NCBI GenBank assembly: GCA_028023455.1
Contig: JAQFVV010000001.1
Coordinates: 16,926,001 to 16,990,000 of the forward strand
DNA from: Epiperipatus broadwayi
Taxonomy: Eukaryota; Animalia; Onychophora
Direction: 5' to 3'
DNA length: 64,000 nucleotides
Below the pieces are notes generated by a model, which searched no databases, was not told the origin of the DNA, and was given only the letters and a program-made list of their open reading frames with translations. Within the stretch, counting starts at the first letter, position 1, and each line of letters begins with the position of its first letter. A program made the position numbers and the translations under genes. Positions 12,585-24,750 of the stretch are shown piece by piece.

Positions 12585-15500
12585 TATATAATATAATTTA
12601 TTATTTCATATAAAGCTCATTAGAGAGTCCTTCAATTGTATGTTTCTTATTTAAATTAAATGTAAATACTGTGGAGCTAAATTGCAAAATGCCTTTATTA
12701 ATCTCTTAAAAAGAACTATATATCTGTTTGCATAAATTGGACTTATCAACGTCTATCGATTGCAGCCCTAGCTCTGTCATGTCCAATCCTAAAACTTCTT
12801 ATAAACTCCCAAGAAATAAACTATTTGATTATTTATTAATTTTACATAGTTAAAACAGTAGTGGAATTGGAGAATTCTAAAACTCAGCCGGTTTTAGCTC
12901 TATCATTTCCAGTCGTTAGAATTTCTTAAGAACTGTCTTTGGATTATTTATTTACTTATATAACATCAAAAATATGTATAATAAAACTGATTTGATTGTA
13001 ATTAAGTAGTTCAATCTTATTTTAAAAGCTTTTCAGAACTTAAATTTTTTATTTATGAGTAATAACATTTTTTATTCAACTCTTAACACTTTTTAATATC
13101 TTTGTATTTGTAACATTATAGTTATTAATTGATGATAAAAATGTACGTAAATAAATTTTATTGACCTCATACACGGTTGCACAAAAATGATTAGAATGAA
13201 GAATTAAAAATTAGTGTTTATCATTAGAATGAACGTAAACTGCTACAAAATTTATCTTTGTCAGTGTCTTTATTATTTTTATTTTTTCAATTCATAAATC
13301 AAGTTAATTGCTTTTAAAATAAATGAGTGTCATGTTTGACATTTTAAACATCATATAGGGTTTTAGCGACTTTAAAACGTTCTAGCCGTTTTTCTTCTAC
13401 TTTTTATTATTATTCACTCTTCTTTTTTTAAATATTAAATGTGTTAATGATTTATTAAATGAAATAAATTGCAGTGTTTAATCAAAAATAATAGTTACAT
13501 TGGTTTTATAAAAACAAACAAATATACACATATTCTATACAATCAACTACCTTCTTGTTAATTATTCTATCCCTATGCAATAGGATGACGACTCGGGCCG
13601 AAAAGCAGAAGTTCCTAGAGTAAAGCTCAACCAATGGTGTTTAAACATCAAATTATTCCCCCAACAACTAAGCATTTCAAAATTTTTATTAATACTTGAA
13701 AAATTTTAATCAAAATTTTGTTTAAATTGTCTAGGTCAATTTATTCGTATTTATATATAATTTGGGTAAAAACTCGAAGAATATTTACAAAATATTAATG
13801 TTAGAATTTTCGTAAATTTTTCAGGTTGGACTGATTTTTACTAGGAAAAAAAAAATCAGAAAACTTATGAAAGTATTATGTTAAAAAAAAGTCCAGGGTA
13901 ATTATAGGATTGTTTTATGCAATTATAAGAAGTTTAGATTTAAAAAGAAAAATTTTCTAGATTGATTCTTAATTGAGTAATGTAAAAAAAATCTTACATT
14001 AATTGATAGAATTGCTATGGTCAACCGCTAACATAGGCGCTCCAGCATCACGTGTTCTCTCAAACAAGTAATCACATAAGTATAATTGTTACAAAAAATA
14101 CATATATATTGTCACTAGTATATATATTTTATATAAAAGAAAAGTTGTTTTTTTTTTTAATTAAAAAAAAAATTCTAAAAATTAATTTAGCAGTAGTTTA
14201 GTTATAGCTAAATCCTTTTGCTATAACAGATCTTTGAACTGTAATTAATATGCAGAAAAAATCTTTAAAATATAAAAATAAACAATTGACAAATAACGTT
14301 TACATGAGGCAGAACTAAAAAATAAACGAGTTTGGATAAGTGTATTTAATTATCATTATAAGATATATGAGAGTAAAGAAAATTATTACATATTTTTAGA
14401 AATACAATTTTTAATGATGATTGAATAATTTAATATTAAAACTATTCCCATAGAATTAATTAAACTACTAACAAGAATGAAATCATTATGTAGAGAATAA
14501 ATCTATTGTATTTTTCTCTAATGTTATCTTATTTAAATTTTAATATGGTAAAAGTATAACTGTGTAAATAACTAATAAAATATTTTTGGTAGTTTTATAT
14601 GCGTTTTTTACAATACTTAATTAATTAAAATTATGTTAAAAGATTTTTTATGTTTTGCAAAAAAAAATACTTTTTAATAAACTTTATATGTATTGCAAAA
14701 AATTTACTTTTTAATAATCGTAGTAGAGAAAAACTGTTATTTAGTTGAATGTTTGTATTAAGATTAATGCTCCTAATTTCATAGAAGTACAAATAAATTA
14801 TTTACGAATTAATTTTTCAGATAAATATAGTTATATACTCATTTGCTGACTAATATTGAGTGGTTACCTGCACTGATTATGAACTGTTATTTGTTTTGGA
14901 AATCTTCAGCTATTTTAAATTCGATTAGACATAAACTGTATAAGCGTATATCAATTGCTGCACTATAAGAAAGCTTCTACTAATTATGAAGAGTAAACTC
15001 ATTTGGAAGAATGGCTCGAATAAAAATAAAACTTTTCAGAATAAATTTTTAAAAGAAAGTAAAAAAGAAAAGGGAAAGCAGTTATATGCTGGAAAACTGA
15101 ATAAAACTATTAATACTTATATGCCCAGCCATAGTACAAATTCCTAAAAAATTGGCCATTATTAATTAATAGATGAACTTTTTTGACACGTTAAACGATA
15201 GCATGAAAGCAAAACTGTGAATCGAAAACTAACTGAAAAAATATAAAAATCTGAAAGTTTTTATTTTATTTTATGTTTTTTTTCAAAAAATTTAAAGTGA
15301 AAGAGACTCGAGATAGAAACTTCGACAGATCGACACGCAACGTCTACTTTGGAAAGTTTTTAAAAATAAAATTATAAATAATAATTTAAATTTATATCAT
15401 TTTTTAAAAATGAAATTTACCAAAGAAAATTAAGTAATAAAAAAAGTTGCTTTTAAAACAAGTATTAATTTTATTAATATTATACATAAATAAATTATGC

Positions 15501-16409
15501 TTTTAAAAGTCTGGTGTTTTAATATGAACGTATGATTAATGTTAGAGGCAAGTTTAACAGTTCAATAAGATCCAGATTAAAAATGCTGATGACACTTAAG
15601 AAAAATTCACAGATGTTTAATGATTTTAAAAGCATTTTCAAAATATCTTTTTAATATTCAGTAACATAATAGATTTTATATAGCAAATACATTTCTTAAT
15701 AATAAAAAATAAATAAATGAAAATTAAAAAAATAAATTAATTTTTTAAAAAAAAAACGTTTATTTTTTATATTCATTCAGATTCAAAATTATTTATAGTA
15801 CATAATATACTTATATGTAAAGATTATTTAATTGATGACTTCAATGGTTTATTGAGCCGAAGATGTTTTTCCATTTCTGGAAAAAAACAAGAATATTTAC
15901 AAACTATTGGATCTTGGACTTATCAGTTTTCTTTAATTGAAGTATGCATTTAATAAATATATGTAAGTATTTTTACATTTAAAAACAAAGCAAATTAAAT
16001 AGACTTTGCATATAATTCTTTATAGTTAATTACAGATTGGATTTATGAATAAAAACTTAGCATTACTGAAAAAAATGGAGCCACAAAGTCTTAGTTAGTC
16101 ACAGCTTATAATTCAAAGATTTATTATTTATCAATAGTAAATTGTTACATTTTGATTTATAAATGATAAATTTATTCCATCTACAACTTTGACATAATCC
16201 ACTCTAGATAAATGCAATAATAATTATCACTAATCATTTATTAAACTGGAGTTTATCTCTAGCCCAGATATAATTTTAAATCTTAGTTAAAAATTAATGT
16301 TTTTTAAAAAAATTAAACACACACACAAAGTAATTCAGCTTCATTTCTCTTTTTTCATGTGTAATATTTTTATAGATGTACTTATAATTTTCACCAACAA
16401 CTATTTTTT

Positions 16410-16535
16410 TAAAACATATGAATAAAAATATCTGATTAAAAGATAAATAACCTCTAACATGCGTTTTATGCCAAACCAGCTCTCATCAATTATCACAGGT
16501 CACACCATCTCTCACATATATCTCCATTATATGTT
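16410..16535 (-). mobile_element. Family A remnant with decayed HHR
   Basis: Minus strand TTGATGAG AGCTG GTT TGGCA TAAAA CGCATGTTAG...TTATTTATC aligns with the other family A copies. Confidence 0.5.
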
Positions 16536-17327
16536 AAGTATTTATCAGTATCAAATTGTTACATTTTGATTTACAAGTATCAAAATCACCCACAGCTTTG
16601 ACACAATCGCTCTAGATAAATACAATAATGATCATCACTATGTGTGTGTTTAATTAAAAGCTCTAGATAAATACAATAATGATTATCATTATGTGTGTGT
16701 TTAATTAAAAAAAACATATTAGCACTCAGACAAAATCAGTGATAACCAGTAAGAGGAAAAAAGAATATAAAAGTTTCTTAAGGAAAAGTAGTACAAAATG
16801 AGATTGACAATTTTGCTCTTAAAAACCTTATTAAAAAAAGCTGGATTAATAAAATAGCTTTTGACTACTAAAGTAAAAAAAAATAGAAGGTTGAATAGAT
16901 ATTTAATAAATGTTCTAATACTGTGCAAAAACAATTTAATTCAAAGTAATATTACCATAAGTAAAAACAAATCCCTAACCAATAGCTACTGAATAAAGAA
17001 AAAAAAAGCCAAACAACTTTGAAAAATAGTAAAAAACTATATAAATATAATCACTAATTGCATAAATTTTTATCAAAACTAGATTTTATATTAGATAAGA
17101 CTTTTTTTAAAAAAAAAAATATATATTTAAACTTCTATTCCATTATATATTCTTAAAATATATGAATTAAGAAGTTATTTAAAAATGTAAATGCCCCCTC
17201 CTTAATGATGAAATTCATGCTGAGTCAGCATCAATTGGTTTGGGTCACATAATTTATGTATTCTTCATCATTTGTTCATTATTTATTAATATCAAACGAT
17301 TAAAATTTGATTTACTAATGCAAGCAC

Positions 17328-17370
17328 AATTACATGTTATCATTAATTGAATTAATGATAACATGTAATT
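17328..17370. repeat. Perfect 43-bp inverted repeat (21-bp arms, 1-nt spacer)
   Basis: AATTACATGTTATCATTAATT g AATTAATGATAACATGTAATT. Confidence 0.95.
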
Positions 17371-17799
17371 TCACTTCCTCTATTTATCATGTATATTCTT
17401 TTTAGATATACTTAAAACTTTCATTCCACCATATTGTTTTTAAATTCATAGATAAACACATCTTAAATTAGTAATAAGGGATCTCCAAGATGTATTTCAA
17501 GCAGAACCAGAACTTTTCAATTGGATTAGATCACAATCTTTTACATATATTTTCATCATTTGTTCAGTATTTATTTATTATTATCAAATTTATATAATTC
17601 TATGTAAGTGTCAACTTAAGGCACTTATAGATTTGATATCATTCACTTTATGTGTTAGGCTAGAAATTATCATATCATTCCAGATATAAGCTATAAATTT
17701 CTATCCCAATAAATGTTTAGTAATAATTAATATATGTATAAAGTCGATTATATCAAAATTGTGAGTACAGAAAGTTTGATACTCATAGATCAAATTATA

Positions 17800-18087
17800 T
17801 AATAGTAATATCATCTATATTCCTGATTACTTTTTACAATGCTTTTTTTGCAACCCACTATTGACAGTTTTGATCACCCCAGAAATCTTCTTTAGAACTT
17901 CTATAAGTTCTGAAGAAGATTGCTAGAGCAATTGAAATTCTGAAGAAAATTGCTGAGGCAATCAAAAATGTCAATAGTGGGTTGCAAAAAAAAAAAAAAA
18001 CATTGTAAAAAGTAATAAAGAACATAGATGATATTAATATTATATGAATTTGGCAATGCAATAAGAAAGATAAAGTTATAATACTTC
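17800..18087 (+). mobile_element. Family C hammerhead-bearing palindromic non-autonomous element (Penelope-type)
   Basis: Inverted arms ~17800-17899 vs ~17906-18042, 45-nt tail, exact 13-bp direct repeat AGATCAAATTATA (17787-17799, 18088-18100). Confidence 0.7.
17907..17975 (+). ncRNA. Two tandem PLE-type hammerhead cores (30-bp period)
   Basis: CTGAAGA AG ATTGC-TAGA-GCAAT T GAAA (17910-17937) and CTGAAGA AA ATTGC-TGAG-GCAAT C AAAA ATGTC (17940-17972). TGAAA and CAAAA are the two CpG-decay products of CGAAA. A third decayed core lies antisense at ~17860-17897. Confidence 0.65.
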
Positions 18088-19149
18088 AGATCAAATTATA
18101 GTAGTAAAAATTTATTTACACAGTAAATATGTGAAAAAACTTAGATTAATCCTAAATCCTTTGCTTTTTTTATATATTAATTTATATTGACACAAGAATT
18201 TACTACTACTTATTAACAATCTGATAAAAATTTAAATAATTATTTATTAAACTGGATTATCAATAAACTAATATTTGTAAAACAATTAATAAAGTTAAAT
18301 TAATTTACTAATTCTATAAGTTTGTTTCAAAGTATGTATTATATTCTAATAAAACAATTTACTATTAGAAGATTCTTTTAATAAAGTTTAATTGTGAGTA
18401 AATACCTTTACTTAATTAAAGATTTAAGAATGTTTGTATTTTAAAATCTTTATAAATATTGCAGTTCTATGACATTGTTTATATTGTGTACAAATCATCA
18501 TAACTATTATTTATATTATTGTTATTATTAACATTTTATCTTTATTAATAATAATATTATTACTTTCGATATTACGAATAAACATTCTATGTTATATATA
18601 TGAAAATACTTTTTTTTAAAAATTTATTTAAATCAAAAAATAAAAAAAATTATATGGAACTTTAGATAATAATTTTTGTTAGATATTATTTTTTTAAATA
18701 ATGATAAAAGAAAAGATCAACTTTCAAACATTATCTATAATTTTAATTAAAAAGAAACTTATGCCTCAAAATTATGTACATATTTCAATTTATAAATAAG
18801 TATTAATATTGTATAATTTAACAAAGTCACGTATATTGTAAATAATTGCAACTGAGAATATGGCAAATAAAATCTATCTTGTAGATTGAAATCTCAACAA
18901 CATAGTTATAAATTATAGCAAAATATTCTTTTATTGCTAAGAGTTTTTTTTTTATATTACCAAACTTGTTTGTATGTTATATAGTATATGTCTTCAATCT
19001 GTAGTAATAATGATCTACAACCAAAAAATCATTTTTATTTTAGTAAATAATATGAAACAAACATATCTGATAAAAGCCTTTATTGTATTAACCATATCTT
19101 CTAATTATTAAAATCACTATTACTGAATTAAATCTAATAAGGCAGATTT

Positions 19150-20870
19150 GGTTTTGAAGTAACTGTGCAGAGATCAGTATGATGTGCTTCATTGTTCATA
19201 CACTAATAGTCTCAAAATAACAGGTGTCAGAAATTCCATCCCTTAGAAATATTAAAGAAATCCATTCCAAATTGGAACAAAAGAAATTTGTTTCCAATGA
19301 TCCTTAGACTACTGAAAAACTTGTAAAATCATTGGATAATGTCAAAAAATAAAAAGAGACCTGAAAAGAAAAAAATTTCAGAATTTAATCACAAGCCTAA
19401 ACACTTTTATCAAAAAAGTACCTCTAAAAAAATTACTAATGTTATTACCAATAAAGTTTCCAATCTTATATGTCAGACTTCTAAACCCAAGATTTACATA
19501 ATGAGAATAGGCATTATTAGAGTAGAATTGTAGGCTTTTCTTTTACAATATTTCAATAATATCGACAATTTTTTTTGTCTTAAATCAGGAAAAGCCCAAG
19601 AGTAGATAACATACTTCCAAAGTTTCTAAAAAAATTATGATCTATAGCCAAACCATAGCTCATTCAGTAGCATTATTCATACAGAAACTACTCCAAAAAT
19701 TTGGCATAGAAGCAAAACTATAATAATCTTAAAACCAAATAAACCTAGCAATGTCTCAAAAAATTATTGTCTAATGTCAATATTATGTATATCTTACAAG
19801 CTTTTTAAAAAAATCAATAAGTAATTTACCAATAATTGAAAGCCATCTATATATAGAGCAGGCTAGATTTAGACCAAAAAAACATTATTGTGAATAAATT
19901 TTATCTTTAATAGCTTATATTAAAAAAGGCTATTAAAAACTGGCCCTATCTTTATTGATCTAGTTTTAGCTTAAGATTCTGTTTGGAAATATAGTTTTAC
20001 AAAAATTGATAAAAGTCTTAAATGAATGAAAACCATGAATTTATTTGACAAATGATCTTCAATAAAAAAATTCAAGTGACACTAAATGATAATCATAGTA
20101 GATATACAAAATTTTAAAGAATGTTTTTTTAAGGCTTAGTTGTCTTACATACTTTATTTAATACATTTATCAGTGATCTTACCAAATAGAAGACAGGAAA
20201 AGATGTCTTTCCCTGAAACAAGAAAAAGCTCTCTAGGAGGATAGGAAAACATAGGAAATTTTTTCAAAGATTCGATCTGAGTTGCAATTCAGCTATGATA
20301 GTATTTTCAATTTTCTACCTAAATATTAGATAATTAGATAATAAACTGATACACTACTTGGGATTATAATGCAAATACTTTACAGACAGTTTTCTCAGCA
20401 CTAATGTATTATATTCTACTGCCGAATGCTGTGTTTCTCATTAGAGAAAAAGTTTCCACACTAATGTTGTAGATACTCATTTAAATATTATTATGAGAAA
20501 TATTACTGAATTCCAAGTCTATTCCTTTGCAGTGGCTTTTCTTTTTTCATATATTTATCTGTTAAATATAAGAAGGGAACATGATTCATAGAAAATGTAT
20601 AAAAAGCTGTTCAACAGAACAGATTCACTAATCACTCAAGATATGGTTTTATTATCCAAGACTCATCTCAAATCAAGATTTCCCTTTTGGATATTAAACT
20701 AAGGATCTACAGATAAATAATTATATCACAAAAATAGACTTATTCTGATGTTAATAGCAAGTGGCCATTAATCTATATAGATGCAGATAAATACAAATCA
20801 TGAATCACATAGTTAATGATCCCCAAAATTAGATATAGTGGCAGAATTGCAAAACCTTAATAAACCTTTT
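19150..20870 (+). mobile_element. Decayed Vingi/Ingi-like (I-group) LINE
   Basis: Broken frames give LKSGKA.RVDNILPKFL, LKPNKPSNVSKNYCLMSILCISYKL, EQARFRP, KTGPIFIDL..A*DSVW, TAECC...HTNVVDTHLNIIMR, KSIPLQWL and QIMNHIVND, matching Vingi-type RT and 3' motifs as I recall them. Confidence 0.7.
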
Positions 20871-23827
20871 GGTGAATCAGTCTCCTGACTGGAATTTCTA
20901 TAGATTATTTTATATTTTATTAATAATTAAAATTCATATGCTGAATACATAAATAGATTGATAATAAAATTGCATAATTGTTCTAGCAATCAATCAAATA
21001 TTAAACCTTACTTTAATTGTATTATGTTAAAAAACTTAATATTTATAGAACTGCTGGTATATTAAAGCAAATAAATATGGAAAAGGCAGTAGCAAGTGAC
21101 AGAAATACTGAAACAATCAATGTATAAACTAAGTTATCAAAACAACAACAACAACAATAATAATAATGATCTAGGTCTAACCTGCATAGACTCCAAAAAA
21201 GTATTTGGATATTTTGAACATAACGGAAATATAATCATTGAGAAATTTTTATTTAAAATCTCTAGAATATGTGTCCGAATTAGACGCAACTTATTAATGA
21301 TTATATCAAAGTATTCTAAAACATCATAGAGTTGATTTGGATTAATAAGAACTTGTTTATTTGTAAAAATTATTTTAAAACAATATTTTTTAATATTATA
21401 AAAAATAATTTTATGAATTCAATTTCAATTCTTTACTTTATACTACTTCCGCATTAACTGCACTAAAAATAAATTATAAATCTGAACTGTTAACGTACAA
21501 ATGACGAATTTAAAAAGATTAATTGCATTTTAAACTATAATTATTTAATTTCTAAAGAGTCAATAACAATGGAATGATTCCGGTTTACATATTTGTAAAT
21601 ACATATTAAATTTGTAAATACATATTAAAAACAAAATTGTAATATAAAAATAAATGAAAGGTTTGTTAACTCCAAAAAAGTTTTTAACTACCTACAAATA
21701 ATTAAATAAGATATAGATACTTCTTAAATAATTAATAAAAATAAATAATGTTCACTAAAAAATTAAAATATTTATAAAAGCAAAGCTTAAATTTATGAAA
21801 GTTTTTTTAAGACTTAATACAACATTCTATTAAATATATTTTTATTAGCAGTTGAGTTGTATATAAGAAATTTATTGTGCACAATATTTGTCAGAATTAA
21901 TTAGACTTTTTTTTGGCAAAATAGTCACCAAATATAAATAATACTTTCACTCTTAATAACAATGATAACATTCAAAACTAAGGTTTGAATAATTGGGGAT
22001 GGGGATAATTAAATTAGATATGACTGAGATTTTTTTTTTACAAGTACGCTATTATATTAAAAACATCAGATGAATTAAATTATTATTAATTTTTATTAAT
22101 AGTTAATTAATAATATTTATTTAATTATTGAAGATATAATAATTAATTTTAGTATAAACATTATTGACTACTTTAAAAATCGGAATATTGTATATAATAA
22201 GGCAACATTTAAGTAAGTATTAAGAATACGAAGTAGCGAAAATAGAATTAAGTAAGCAATAGAACTTATCAATTTATGGTGAAAATATACAAAAGATTAA
22301 TGAAAATAAAAAATAAAAATTTAATGGTACTTTTATAAGAAAGTTTAAACCAAAGAGAGCAAAGTAATCGTTGTGAAACAAAACTTTGTAATATAAATTT
22401 AAAATACAATAATACCTTTTATTAAATGCTGCAGCAAACCTGAGCATAAAAATGATATCACACTAAGAAAAAAACTTAGCAAAAATAGTGAACAAAAGAG
22501 ACATAAAGAAAACAATATTTTTTATACAAAAAATATTTTATAGTGTATCAATATATATATATGTTCAAATATAGACATCTACCTGCAAGGAAATAATTTT
22601 TTTATTCTTTTTCATAAAATATCATCATGCCTTAATACGTTTGGAATTCTTCTATTAAAAATTATTATAAAAACCATTAATTTGACACACACACACACAC
22701 AGACACATAAAACTTTAATGAATCCAAAAATCCTTTAAAATCTCTAAAGATTTATTTTTGCAAATGCTACAGTTTCAGATAATTGTTCAAAGCAAAAATA
22801 AACTCCCATTGATAAAGGCAAACAACAATTTTAAATAATTTTGAATATATTGAATTATTTTGGTTTATTACTCGTAACAGTATTTGTTTAAATAATTAAA
22901 TCCACCTTATAATTATAAAAGAAAGGTGGATTTGTTTAATTATTTATAATTTTATCAATGCACAAAGAAGATATAAAGTGAAAGGAAGAATATAATATTA
23001 ATTTAAAGAAAAGTATGTCTCTTCTCTAGCATCATCTATTATAAACTTTAGGAATCAATGGTTATCAAATAGTAGTGTAATCTAATGTCCATTCTTAAAC
23101 CAATTTGTGTGTTTGTTTTTTTTTTTGCCTTTAGCAACGAAGATTTGGAATTCAAAGTTGGAATCAATGCAATTATGCATTTGAAAAACACCTTCAATTC
23201 ATTTTTATTATCAATCTAATTGCTTAAAATTCAAAACATTCTAAGGTTTTAAATCTAAACTAGCCTGAAAATATAGTTATATAGGTTAGTAATTATATAT
23301 TTTAATATTCTCATTTATATTGTAACTATGGGCACTTTTGTTGCTTAGTTAAAAACATCTTCATTATTTAAACACACTAATTATTCAAATTTACAAAAAA
23401 ATGGAACAGAGTGGGACTGAAAGTAAACATGATGTTGTTTTATAACAGCAAGATCTGCTACAACAAAAGCTTTTACATAACAGTGAATGAATTGTTTAAT
23501 AAGCACTTTTCAATTTAAACTAAGATTTATGCAACAAATGCAAATTTATAATGAATGCTAGAGAGGCAGACATATTTGTCACATTTTATGTATTAACTTA
23601 ATTTGTTTAGTTGTTTATTTATACATTTAGCAGTAAAAATATGGTATATATCTGTGACAAAGTATGACTTTTTTAGGAAACAAAGCACACTAAATAATAT
23701 TTTTTTAATAATGTTTTTATTTTACTTGCCACAGCAATTTTTACATAGTAACTAATATTGAAATATTATATTTCCTTTGTATATATGTTTCATCTATTTA
23801 TCCTTTCATCTCTATCTGTTCCAGGTT

Positions 23828-23875
23828 TAAACCCTCAAAAAGTACCCATCTGAAGATGATAACATGGTTGTATAG
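23828..23875 (+). ncRNA. Possible partial PLE-type hammerhead core
   Basis: CATCTGAAGATG ATAAC-ATG-GTTGT: core and stem II present; GAAA and stem III missing. Confidence 0.25.
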
Positions 23876-24567
23876 GTGACACCACACAGATATATGCGAT
23901 TATAATGTCTGTAATATAATTGGTATAGCTATATTGCAGCATATATTTATTCTAAAGTCATATATGTTTTATCATTTATTTAAATTTAAAAGTCAATTTA
24001 TATTTTATATACTTAAAATCACATGTATAATGTGTAGTCCACATACCACTGTGATACATATATAACATTATGTTGTTCGATCATTTCATAAAATTTATAA
24101 GTTTGAGATAAAATATGTTGTAAACAAAAATCACCCATCTATACCTGTTTTAGTATAGTGAGGAAGAAGTCCAAATTTTGGTTTTGACAATAATATTTTC
24201 TTAAAATTATATTTTTCTTGTAAACAAGATTTAGCCAACTGGAAGTATTGCTAAATCTTGGGGGAGATAGAAATAATCAAATAGCCAAAAACATCATGTT
24301 AAAAGAGTAAAATAAAGGATTAAAGTTATTTTAATAATTAAAAATATAAAGTTTGAAGATGCTAATGAATTTACTTGTGGAATATAATTTATTTATTAAA
24401 ATTATGAGTTGATATCAGCCCAGTATAAATAGGCTAGAATTTATATTATAAAAAATACATTGTATAATTTAAAGAAGTATCACTAGTATAATCCATGCCA
24501 GTTTTAATTTTAATATGTCAGAAAAGAAAATGATGCTCTCTAGTCTCATCCTATGTGTGAAATGGCA

Positions 24568-24750
24568 TATCATCATCATTATGGAGATGGGAGACATTCT
24601 TGCCAATGGCCTGCTGCAAGAAAATCACAACTAAAACCATGCTGCCTATCCAGAGATCAGTATTTGCTACCACCTGCCATCCAAAAGTGCTGAGGAACAA
24701 GCTGCTGAAAAGTCAGGTAACAACTCCTCAAAACACTGCAGAGAGGTCTA
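24568..24750 (-). mobile_element. RTE-like LINE 3' end with (ATG)n tail
   Basis: Minus strand WQVVANTDLW...FLQQAIG followed by ATAATGATGATGAT, as is typical of RTE 3' termini. Confidence 0.55.

Noticed and set aside
17205-17245. TGCTGAGTCAGCA hairpin as a family A HHR
   Set aside because: CUGAUGA and GAAA are not recoverable; a short palindrome only.
23137-23220. Strong acceptor followed by QRRFGIQSWNQCNYAFEK or NEDLEFKVG
   Set aside because: Two frames equally plausible, no donor, no homology recognised.
24544-24692. Apparent terminal exon SHPMCEMAYHHHYGDGRHSCQWP...KC*
   Set aside because: Antisense of an RTE 3' end; the His run is the (ATG)n tail.
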